64,000 nucleotides of DNA from NCBI GenBank assembly GCA_964247055.1, contig OZ176052.1:4216001-4280000 (forward strand), in the 5' to 3' direction. The position numbers were made by a program, and so were the translations under genes. Source of the stretch: Paragordius varius. Taxonomy: Eukaryota > Animalia > Nematomorpha. The stretch's first letter is position 1; each line of letters begins with the position of its first letter. This document shows, one piece after another, positions 35,480 to 46,800 of this stretch. The notes under the pieces are model-generated. The model searched no databases. It saw only the letters and a program-made list of their open reading frames with translations, and was not told the origin of the DNA.

Positions 35480-35950
35480 ATGTCGCTTTTTAAATATATT
35501 TGTTCGATGCCGTAAGAAGTTCCGCTATAACGCATATTTTAATTTTATGTAAAAAAATTATCTAGTTTAAGTGTGCGGGCTTTCTTTGGTAAAATTCAAA
35601 TGGTAAACATCAATGATTCCTTCTTATATCCTATTATGAAGCAATATTAATCACTTTCTATTTTAACGAGTTTTGATGAAATATTAGGTGCTGATGCTTA
35701 ATACCTTTTAAGATTTTTAAAAAATTTTAAAATAAGTTTGCGTCCACTTCGAAGGAGAGGGTAATAGTTTAAGTTAATTGGATGTATAAATTTATATTGG
35801 TTAAATAATTTAAAACATGTGGGGATCAGTGTATTCGATGTTAATTAATAAAGACGTCGCTAACTCAATTTTTTTGTGTCAATACATGTTTATGCTGAGT
35901 AGTTCTCAAAGAATCAAATAACTCAGTAAAATACTTTGTTCTATAACTTC
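35480..35950 (-). pseudogene. Decayed EnSpm/CMC-like transposase fragment
   Basis: The - strand pieces GRKLIL..., ISSKLVKI, LPFEFYQRKP and YSG recall the RKLL..ISxRL...P.EF.RKPR...LLY.G block. Heavily frameshifted. Confidence 0.35.
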
Positions 35951-36639
35951 TTATCAGCCAGTCTTTCTATTTTTTTGTTTCATATGTATTTATTTTCTCA
36001 AACTAAAGTGGTTATTTCCACATAATTAAAATTTTTAGTCTTTTTTTCAAGACAGCTTGAGATCGTTATGCAACAACATTGTTTATAAATTTAATGATGA
36101 GATTCCATAAATTAGTGGATCAAATATTTTATTTTGTTGCATAGTTGAAAAGCCTATCTTAAATTTTATTTATGGGAATGTGGTCGCTAAATGTATCAAA
36201 AAAGTTTCCAATTTTTCCCCCTTAAGTGGTTTTTTTAATTTATTAGTATACATAAAATATATATGAGATGATTTATTGTGCACGGATATTTTTGTATTTG
36301 CTTTTTTGGAACTAATGAAAAAAGGTTTAGTTGATATTAAATATTCCGCTTCGCAAAATAATATTCAAAGCCTATTATTTGTGTTGGTGATTTAGGTTTA
36401 AAATTACCAATTATCTAGGCGTAAAGGTTTGTGAACCTAACTTATCATACATGTATCCGCCAATCATAAAGATTTTATTGTTAGATAAGTTGTCAGTAAC
36501 TTGATACTTTGAATATATTTAGTTAAGTGGGGATGGTTTCATCTGTATAATCTAAAAGATTTTCTTTAAGGTTCTTAATTTTCAATCTGCTTTCGAATTA
36601 TAATCGATTAACAGTTAAATCCCAGTTCCTGTTTAATAA

Positions 36640-37560
36640 GCCTATATGTCACAACGTTACTTTCGTTATAAAATTAGGGATTATTTTTATAGAATATTAC
36701 TCCAAGAATGACGGAGATATGCATGCAAATATAGGTCCCCAATTTACATGGGAAACAGGACATTTAACACCAAAAATCACCAACACGAATGGTAGGCTTC
36801 CAATTCAATTCGGCGAAGCTGAAAAATGATTGCTAAGGAAGAAATACAAGAATACCCACAAACAAAAAAACTTTGCAAATAGTTTACATAATAGCGAAAA
36901 TAAATGTGTTTTAAAACAGGAACTTATATGACACATTTAACGATCACAAGCATATATCAATAAAATATAAAATAGGGTGGAAAGAGATACAAAAAAATAA
37001 TATATCAAGAACATGAGCCATTATCCACAAAGTAAAGTATGCTAACAATGCTACTTATAAAAAACAATCATAAGGTCCAGGAAAAAAATAAATGCATTTG
37101 TTCTATGAAAAAATATGGATCAAACAAATAATGAATATTAATTAGTAAGGGACAGGACAAAATACCTTCCATATGAATAGCTTACACAATCTTCTGAGAG
37201 AAGTATTCAGCACCTATAAATAATTCGTTAAAAAACCTTAACTAACGTCTTCTTAACTAATTAATAACACCAAATGCTCCGACCCCAACATTATTGTAAA
37301 CCACCTCTACGATTACTGTATGGATTTTTATAAACATAAAAAAATTGAAGCAACCGCTTTTTCTTTTTCATCGAATCTAGACCTAAACTCACTTGAAAAC
37401 AAATATAAGAAAATCTTAAAGCTATAAAACAACAGGTCTAAACGAGTTTAGTACAAAATTGACGACCTATCATTAATAAATCAAAACTCTAGTTTTAGCC
37501 CCATTTGGAAAATCAGCGGAAAGCCTAATGTATACCATACAACTTTCTTTGAGAGTAACA
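36640..37560 (+). mobile_element. Decayed LINE fragment (APE endonuclease and start of RT)
   Basis: GDMHANIG...NTNGRLPIQFGEAE (~36716-36830) matches GDxNAxxG...NxNGxxLxxF; KTTGLNE (~37430) resembles KAPGxDG. Boundaries approximate. Confidence 0.55.
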
Positions 37561-39922
37561 TAATTATTTACAAATTAATGCATAACTTTTAATTATATTT
37601 AATAAATTAGTAATACTAATTTAGGAAAACTTTAGTGCTAAAAATAAATAAAATTTTAAAATGTTAATAAAAACGGGCTAAAACCTCGTAAAACAGCGAT
37701 ATCATAATTTGTGTATTTGTTCGTTAAATTTTTGGTACATATATAAAAAAGTCAATATAAGGCAAATTTTACAAGTTCTAACAGCAAATTAATTTTGCTT
37801 ACGCCTAAAAAGTTCGGTAAGAAAAATATCATAATAATGTCTTAAGAATCTATGGCAGTGATACTCAAACCGCGGCCCGCGGGCCGCATGCGGCCCTAAG
37901 AGTGCTTTAAAATTGCCCTATGACCATATTGATACTTAATTATTTTGATGAATTTTAAAAATACACATAAACGAATTTGCTTATTTTAATATTGATTTAT
38001 TTTCTTTAGATTTAATTTTGGTAATTTTTATTTTTTACCGAATTTAAAATGTTGAAAAATTTCCCTACATAATGATTACACAATTTTGCACCTTGTTTCT
38101 GTTCTGTATTCTATTTTCTTTTCTATTTTGAAATTTTTATTGCATTCCTTTTTGTATTTAAGCAAGTCTTTCACCCAAACTTGCATATACTCATTCCTTG
38201 CTATCCCGCATCATTATTTATAACTCATAAAAATATTTTTAAAATCAACATCATTAAACTTCGACCTGTTTATTATAGCATAATTTAAATTATATTCCCA
38301 TTTTTTGAAAAAATTTACATAATATATAAACATAAATTCAAAGGATGACATCTAATTTAAAAAAACGTAAATCATCCGATAATCACTTCTTTAAAAAAGA
38401 ATGGGATGAAAAATTCTTTGTCGTTTTAAATAAAAATGTTTTGACCTGTTTTATAAGTAAGGACAACTTAATTAAAAAAATTCAATATTGAAAGACACAT
38501 TACGATCCATCATTCTCATAAATTACCAAAAAATTATGGGGAAAGAAACGAAAAATAGAAAAAGATTAAGAAATTATACCAGAAAGTGTTATCTATTATG
38601 TCCATAGTTTTGCCCAGGAAAAAGCTGTAACATTAGTTCATGAAATTGCTGTATTTTAGGAAAATATATGAAACCGTTTACTGATTCCCAAATAATAAAA
38701 AAATGTCCAATAAATGGTTGCACTTTTTTATTTGATTTCCATAATACAGATCAAATCATGAGACAATTAACTTCAACTTTCTGATTCTATATGTGCTCGA
38801 CGCATTGAAGACATGTCTAAATATATTTTTAACAATACATTATTGGCTATGAAAAACTGCAAATATTTTATTGCTATTGATTAGAGCACTAATATTAGTT
38901 CCACACCTCAATGTGCGCTCTTCATGAGATATTGTAACGACAACATATTCAACGAGGAATATTTAAAAGTTTTACCAATTAATAATGCCACAAAAGGAAG
39001 CGGTTTTCTCGAAATAATTAGCACTTTTTTCGATAACAATGGAATATCTATGAAAAAATTGGTTTCGATCTGCACAGATGGCTGGGCTGTCTCTCTATGA
39101 TTGGAATACAAAAGATTTTATTTCCTTTTTTAAAAAACAAATATAATTTGCAAAATATTTTATCCTTTCACTGATTTATTCATCAGCAAAACTTGGTTTC
39201 GCGTGTAAAAGATGAATCACTCAATTAGTAATTAAAACGGTTGTGGATATAGCTAACCACATCCGTGGCAGAGAATTCAACCGACCTTCTAAAAAATATC
39301 CATAGTGAGTGTGATATTATTTTGTACACTGCTGTGAGATGGCTAAGCCTTAGTAAAGTATTAAATAGATTTTTTTGTTTTAAGACATGAAATTCTCTTA
39401 TATGAAAGAAACAGAAAGCTTGACGAGAAAATTAATAGTGACAAGTGGGTTTTATTAGCCTACCTTTGCGACATTACTTATAAACTTAGTTTTTTTAATA
39501 CAATTCTTCAAGGGAGAATAAAAATTTAATTGGCTAATCAATTTGCTTTTGAAGAAAAATTAATATATAAACAAGATTTTATTAATATAACACTCGTATA
39601 TTTTTTAACACTTAAAACAATTCATGAAGAAAATATGGAATTCATAATTTAATTCATTTAACTTTTATCTAATGAGATGAAATTCAGTTTTTAAAAATTA
39701 AAAAAATATTAAAAATTGCTTAAAACTCGTTTCCATGGCATATGTAAGGTGACCAGATTTTTTGAAGGAAAAAGCGGGACAAATCTGAGAAGGGGGTGGG
39801 TCATTGGGGGTTACAACCAAAAATTTTTATACAAAAAATTTATTGTAATATTTATTTATTTTTAACACAAATACATTATAAATATAAAAAAATTTGTACC
39901 TCACAGGTTGTTTGTACCTTAT

Positions 39923-40672
39923 TCAATAAATTTCCATGTGCACGAACGGGTGAAGTGATTTTAATATTCTAGAAAAAAATAATAAAGACGAAATCATCAC
40001 AAAGTGCGCTGGGTGATGCAAGAAGCGGCACAAAAAATATTTTTAACAATTTAGCGAATAATCTAAATCAAAACTTTATTGGCAGATACACCACGCTATT
40101 CAAACAGCTACTGATTTGTTACCCCTGGATGTGGAAAATATATATGTTAAAATGCTTGAATATTGTAGAACTATTGTTTAGCTCTTTTGCCAGCGATTGA
40201 TATATTTATAAAAATGTGATCTCCTAGAATCCAATTTTTTATCACAGGACAAAGGTCAAAATTCCAAGTCAAAAAAGGTTAGAAAATAATTTTATACCAT
40301 TACCAAATCGCAAAAAAATGTTTTATGCAAACAGAAACGATTATTTGGAAGACAAGACGGTGCACAATGACACTTTTTGATGAAGTCTCATTATTAAATA
40401 ACTATATATGAAAACTTATAATTTGGACAACAGAAAAAAATACGTAGGATAGAAATGGTTAAAATAATCATTTTTAAACAAATTATGTTTCATACAATAA
40501 TATTTTAATTGTAGAATTTGCATTATCTTTACCTGAACCACTGCTATTGAACGCGTTTTTCCACAGTAAATTAAGTAAGGACACGGAATCAAATTTAAAT
40601 GTTGAATAAAAGCCATTTTGTGTGTTCAAATATAATTTGACAAATTATGGAGACTTATACAATATTTTACGT
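39923..40672 (+). pseudogene. Inverted, multiply deleted copy of the inner hAT transposase gene
   Basis: The + strand matches the - strand gene in order: aaatttccatgtgcacg (KFTCAR), acaaaaaatatttt..aatctaaatcaaaac, acgctattcaaacagct.ctgatttgttacccct.gatgtggaaaat, ttagaaaataattttatacca, gcattatctttacc..gaacgcgttttt, aaatataatttgacaaat. About 1.5 kb is compressed to about 0.75 kb. Confidence 0.85.
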
Positions 40673-40715
40673 GATTTTGTTTATTTTTTTACACAAAAAC
40701 TTTAAAGAAAATATT

Positions 40716-42570
40716 TTACTCTTTGGTATATTTTTTGTTTGAGTGAATGCGTTTTAGCAGATTGTCATCATTTTTTAAAATATTGTAGAAGTCTTCACAA
40801 GAATTTGTCAAATTATATTTGACAGATAAAACCTTTAAAGTTTCAACATTTAAATTTGATTTTTCCGATGTCCACACCTGATTTACTGTGGAAAAAACGC
40901 GCTCAGTAGCAGCGTTGGTTCCAGGTAAAGATAGTGCGAATTCCACAATTTTTAAAATATTATTGTATGTAATATAGTTGGTTTCAAAATGATGAAATAT
41001 TTCCAACCATTTCTTTTCTACTGTATATTTTCTTTTGTCCATAATTTAAGTTTTTCATTATTAATATATCTTTTAACTAATGATACTTCAGAAAAAAGAT
41101 CATTTTCTGAAAGATTACTTTTTGATAATTTTTGGGAGCAGATATAATCAAATGATTTTTGAACATCGCACCAATTAAATTCTGATTTTAATGTTATCCA
41201 ATGAAAATGATCAATTTCATTGAATTGCGTCGTCCAGTCTTCCAAATAATCTTTACAGTTTGTTTAAAACATTTTTATATGGTACAGGATATCTTGGCGA
41301 TTTATTAAGCCTTGTTTTTCTAAATTTTTTATTATATTGCGGATGGTTAATGGTATAAAATTATTTTCTAACCGTTCTTGACATTGGAATTTTAGGTTAC
41401 TAACTTCTTTGGCTACTTCGATTGCCGAAATTTTGTCACCTTCTATATATTTAATAACATTTTGAAAGAGAGAAGCTTTATGTAAGAATTCTAACCATAT
41501 TTGTGAACAATCATTTTTAAAAAACTTTTTTAAAGTTGTAGGCCATTTGTCCTGTGATAATAAAAAAGATTTTAAAGGGTCATACATTTTTTAAATTCTT
41601 TCGATAGCTGGCATAAAAGCTAACCAACGAGTTTTACAATATCCAAGCATTTTTTGATATTGAACTTCTGCATTTTCACAGAATTCAAGCGTTTCAACAC
41701 TACCGTGTATATAAAAATAGAAATATATTTTAACAACTACATTTTCCACATCTAGGGGTAACAAATCAGCAGCTGTTTGAATAGCGTTGTGTATTATATG
41801 CGCTGCACACCCAACGCCAATAATGTTTTGATTAAGATTATCTGTTAATTTATGAAAAATATTTTTTGTTCCCCTCCTTGCTTTTCCACCAAAGTTCTTA
41901 TTGGTGTTGTCAGCGCAATATGCGATAATTTTGTATTTTAAATTATTTTTTTGCATTATTGAAGTAAATATTATTTCGGAATTTTCACCGGGTAGGGATA
42001 TTAAATCTAAAATTTTAATTTTTACTCCGGTTTCTGAATCAAAATATCTCATCAAAGTGGGAAATAATTTTGTTTCATGGTGATTTGATGCATCAGAGTA
42101 TAGCGATATGGAATTAATTTTCAGCAAATCTTTTTGTATTTCAGAAAATACATGTGGCGAAAGGACATTGCACACAATGGCTTCAGCCTTTGTACGGGCA
42201 CATGTAAATTTTTTATGGAATAACGTGCGAATAACCTGTGAGGTACAGTCCATAGATCTAAAGGAATGATTGTGATTAACGGCGTGAAAAGATAACACGC
42301 CCTCAGCTAGTGCCAAATTCTTTTCTTCCTCTCCAAAAGCGGTTTTTCAAAAAAATCGCTCATTTTGTAAGATGATGCCACCATATCTAAACATTTTTTA
42401 TGTTTCTGTGTTTCCATATGCTTTGTAATATCATGCTTGCCGCCATGTGCTAGGCTGAATTCCCCCTCGCATATAAGACATCTAACAAATGATTCATTCT
42501 TCGTTTTTTTAATAAAAGGAAAATCCTTCATTAATTAATCGTTGAATTTACAACCTCTTTTTGTGCTCAT
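40716..42570 (-). pseudogene. hAT transposase pseudogene (BED finger, DDE core, dimerisation domain)
   Basis: ATG at 42570 with an early in-frame TAA; FVRCLIC..FSLAHGGKHDITKHMETQKH; YSDASNH; YCADNT; GCAAHIIHNA; KTRWL; PGTNAATERVFS. Split into at least five ORFs by frameshifts or stops. Confidence 0.9.
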
Positions 42571-42576
42571 ATTTAT

Positions 42577-42855
42577 AAACTACTATTAGTATAATAAATA
42601 TTATATTACCTTAATTTTCTGTGATAAACGTGTAAGGTACCGATTTGTGGTATCAATTTGTCTTTTAAGCTACCGATTTGTGGTATTAATTTGGCTTTTT
42701 AATAATGTTGGCAAGTAATAAAACTAAAATATTAGTATAATAAATATTATATTACCTTAATTTTGTGAAATAAACGTGTAAGGTACCGATTTGTGGTATC
42801 AATTTGTCTTTTAATCTAGAGATTTGTGGTATTAACTTGGCTTTTTGATAATAAT
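42577..42855. repeat. ~140-bp tandem duplication upstream of the inner transposase, each unit with an internal ~31-bp repeat
   Basis: tattagtataataaatattatattaccttaatttt...taaacgtgtaaggtaccgatttgtggtatcaatttgtcttttaa occurs twice (~42584 and ~42730); gatttgtggtat occurs four times. Confidence 0.9.
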
Positions 42856-43821
42856 GACAGTAGTAGTAGGAAGTATAGTGTATAATCACATGATATAAAT
42901 TCGAAAAAAATAAATATTTTTAATTTAAAATAAAAAATTTTAATTTAAAATTGAATAAATATTAAAGATATTTAATGATAAAAAATTTAAACGGACAAAA
43001 AAAATTTATTTGTATTAAAAAAAATTTTTTTTATATAATCCTGAAAAAGCGGGACATTTAAAAAAGTAGCAGGAAGCGGGACAAAGTGTGAAAAAGCGGG
43101 ACGTCTGGTCACCTTAGGCATATGGAAATATCCGATATTAAGCACCTTAAGCATTTCGGTTTTGATCAGGCGCATATCATTGAAAAATTTGTAGATTTTA
43201 AAAGTGGTCCTTTCGGAGGCTGTGTTCAAGGAGAATCGTAGCGAAAAATATGTAGAGTTTTGGCAAGATGTGCCAAATAAATACGAAAATATAAAAAAAA
43301 TCAAGTTATCCTAACTGTTTTACCCTTAACTAAGAGCGTGAGACGGCATATTCAAAAATGAAATATGCCAAGAATTCAATACAGAAATCGATTTACCGAT
43401 GATCATATGGACGACGTATTAAGATTGGACTGTCATGAGGCGAAGCCAAATTTGTCAAAAATTATTGGTTAAAAATAAATGTTGTTATCAAAATATTTTA
43501 AATTAAATGGTGCAAAACGAGTTAATAGCTGGATTTAAATGCGATCCGCAAAAAATTCATTGTGGTGATTTGGTGTATAAATATGTACATATGTGTTAAA
43601 TAGCTATGGAATATTTACCATTATAAAGCTCATGGCCCTCGAAAAAAAATATATTTAATTTGGCCCGTCAAATTTTTTTGGTGAGTACCACTGATCTATG
43701 GTAAAAAATTTTTTTTAATACAATAATATAAAGAACATCTTCCGGGATGCGACTGAAATTCTAAAAGTCTAAAATAATACATTATCTGTTCTTACTTTTT
43801 CCAGATCGTATACAACTGAGA

Positions 43822-46800
43822 ATGGGAGGTGGTGAAGAAAAAAAGCATAAGAAACACAAAGATAAAAAGAAAAAAGAGAAGAAGCATCATAAAAAAGAAA
43901 AAAAAGAAAGTTTTGAAGAATTATATTACTATGAGGAAGAAAAAAATATTGATTCAAATACCCCGAATGGTTCATAATTGTTTTATTTTTTAGATGTTAT
44001 GCCCACCCAAGAATTATCCCTTTCTATCCAGGATACGAAGTATTAAATGTTTTCAAAATTTAGTAAACTACGTGAAAAATTGGGGTTGGCACCTTTAAAC
44101 TTGGAATCATCCAATAAAGTTGAAGAAACTCTAGATGGTATTTTTTTATTATATCTTTTGATTTTAATTCCGTTCATTTATAAAACTTTCATTAAAGGCA
44201 ACAAGAAATATACAATTGAAGGGGATACATTTGTACATTTACCCCCTCAAAATTGGGGACAGAAAAAAGCCGATGAAAAGTTACAAGAAAAATTACAAAC
44301 TCGACGCCAAAAACGAGAATTGGAGGAGAAATTAGGGTAATATAATAATATATTTTTATATTAATATATGGCATACCTGCTGTTTCCCCTTAACTTTAAC
44401 ACAGGGGGTGTCGAACACCCTTTTTTCCGTACACAAAAGTACTCTAAAAAAATTTAAAAATAAAAAGTGGATTACGATTATTTAGAAGATTCATTGAAAT
44501 GCTTAAAAAACAGTTAATCAGCCCATGATGAGATCTGTGTTGGACACCCCTGTTTTAACAATACTTTATTTTTATTATATTAAATAACACGCATATATGT
44601 CATACATTACTCCATTTTTAATAATGTTGTAAACAATATCGCTTAGATTAAATAAAACTAAAACACTTGGTCAAGCCGACATCGCAGACGAAAACAATGC
44701 TCTTTCTTGGGTTCAACGAAGTCGCCAATTGGAAAAGGAAAAGGCTTTAGCAGCAAAAAAAGTATGATATATAACTTTTGTCATTTAAATTAATTTAATA
44801 TAATTTTTGAATAAAAAATATGTTTAGTTTCTTTTAAAATTTGTTGAATTTGGATGGAGGTGGTTCATATGAAAATATATTAAAAGTTATAAAAGTACAC
44901 GTCCAACCCATTTTTTTCTTTTTTTCATATCACCTTATTTCGGATTGAATGTGCGGAATTGATAGAGTAGAGATTTAACGATCTTTATTTTATTGTAAAA
45001 TATTTTTTTAAATAAATTCTGTAAATGTTATAAATATTATGTGAAAGTCTGACATTACATGAGAGCTGAGTTAAACCGATTTTATCTCTTTTATAGAAAT
45101 ACTTTCACAGTAATAGTAGACATTATTACATACAAAATATGAATATATAACATAATTTTTGATCCATTGATTTTCATATAATTTAAATGTTAACGATTTT
45201 GAAATTCTATTCTGAATTTCGCAACCAAAGTATAAAAACTATAAATATATTTGTAACTTTACATATACTTTTTAAGTTTTGTCTTTAGTATTTTTGATTG
45301 CTACTGTAATCAACCTCATTAAATATATTTTTAGGCTAAAATGCTTGAAGAGTTGGACCAAGATTTCGGTATAGAAGATTTGATTGAATCAAATATGGGA
45401 ATCGGTAGAGGACGCAAAAGATTGAGAGAGGATGATTTTGATGAAAAAGTTAATTTTTTATTGTTTAAGGTTGTTTATATTAATTATTTTAATCCTGTAA
45501 AATGAAATTTTTTAATTTTTTTGATTACACATAAAGTTAAACTAAAATCCATTTGATTATATTTATTTTATTGTAATTAATATATACATAGTTTTTATCT
45601 TCCTGATAAAAAAATTTTATTAAAATTTTAAGCCAGCAGCTTATAAATCAAATTATTTTTCATTTTTTTACAAAATATTATAATTTTATTTATTTACAAT
45701 TAGGAATATTCAGCCAAACAACTGAAAGGCATTAAAGTAGATCATTCTCTTGAAGCCATACCTGAAGGCGATACTGTTATTTTAACGCTGGCTGATAAAA
45801 GTATTTTTATTGAAATTAACAATAATAATATGTATTTTACATATTTAACGCGATTTTGATCAAAATATTAATCTTACAACAAGGGGTCATATTAGTCCAT
45901 ATCATCAGCTTTTCAAATCGTTATTAATGTTCATAACTTATCAATAAACCGAATTTTTAGTCAACAAATAATTTTGTTAAATGCCATTAGTTAGTTAAAA
46001 ATATATTTTTGACTAAATTTGACACACACATTTTAAACTCAACCATTTTTTTCTTACTCACTCAGATATTTTGGATGAAATGCAAGAAACGGATATAAAT
46101 ATTGATGGTACTGAAAACGTCGTACTTCAAAACCCAAACCTAATTGATGCTGAAAAAGCGGCCAAAAACATTGAAACTCGGTCAAAACGACCAGAATATA
46201 AACCCTATTTAATGGATGAAGCTGAGATGTATGATGATTTTGGGATGGTAAGTAATTTTTTAGTTAATAAAAATTTGTGAAACAATGTATTGTATATTAA
46301 CAATGTTTCCTTTTTCTTTAGTACAAATCAAAGTCCCTGCTTGACAAATATGATGAAGTGATTGGAGATGTGCCTGAAAAAAAGACGTTTGTTCTGGGTA
46401 AAATAAATTATATTTATATATATAGGAGATATAATTATACATTTTTTAATTTTTTATCATAAAATTATTATATTTGAATAACACATGATATTACAAAGAT
46501 TATAGGAATATTTTTAAGGGCACTCAATCAATTTGGCTTTAATTAATTTACTAAACATTTTATTACAAACAGTGGGCAATCAATTTACTGATTAAATTTT
46601 TTTTCAGGGGATTATGGTATCGTGCAGGCATCCCAAATAGAGAAAGACAAGGAAGAACAGATTACCAAAATGAGACAAGAATTAAATATGGTTAATATTT
46701 TTACCGATTAATGGCAAATATCTTTTAAATTGATATTACTGTAAAAATTAAAGTATACGGACAAAACGCATCAATATGAAGACAAATATTTTTTTTCTAA

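Larger units (their letters stand above)
39745..43116 (-). mobile_element. hAT transposon (Blackjack-like ends), 3372 bp, nested in the Buster-type element
   Basis: Perfect 13-bp TIR TAAGGTGACCAGA; perfect 8-bp TSD GGCATATG (39737-39744, 43117-43124); repeated GCGGGAC subterminal motifs at both ends. Confidence 0.93.
37856..43693 (+). mobile_element. hAT transposon (Buster/Charlie/SPIN, GTF2IRD2-like transposase pseudogene) interrupted by a second hAT
   Basis: Perfect 8-bp TSD ATCTATGG (37848-37855, 43694-43701); TIRs CAGTGATACTCA / TGAGTACCACTG; ggcccgcgggccgc subterminal palindrome. Broken + strand ORF pieces: MTSNLKKRK..F.KEWDEKFF, VSICTDG, YTAVRWLSLSKV, LAYLCDI, and after the insert FSKMKYAK..YRNRFTDDHMDDVLRL. 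Confidence 0.92.

Noticed and set aside
42987-43975. ORFs 42987-43304 and 43769-43975 (-)
   Set aside because: The first crosses the hAT/hAT junction; the second is antisense to the Lys-rich SART1 exon 1.
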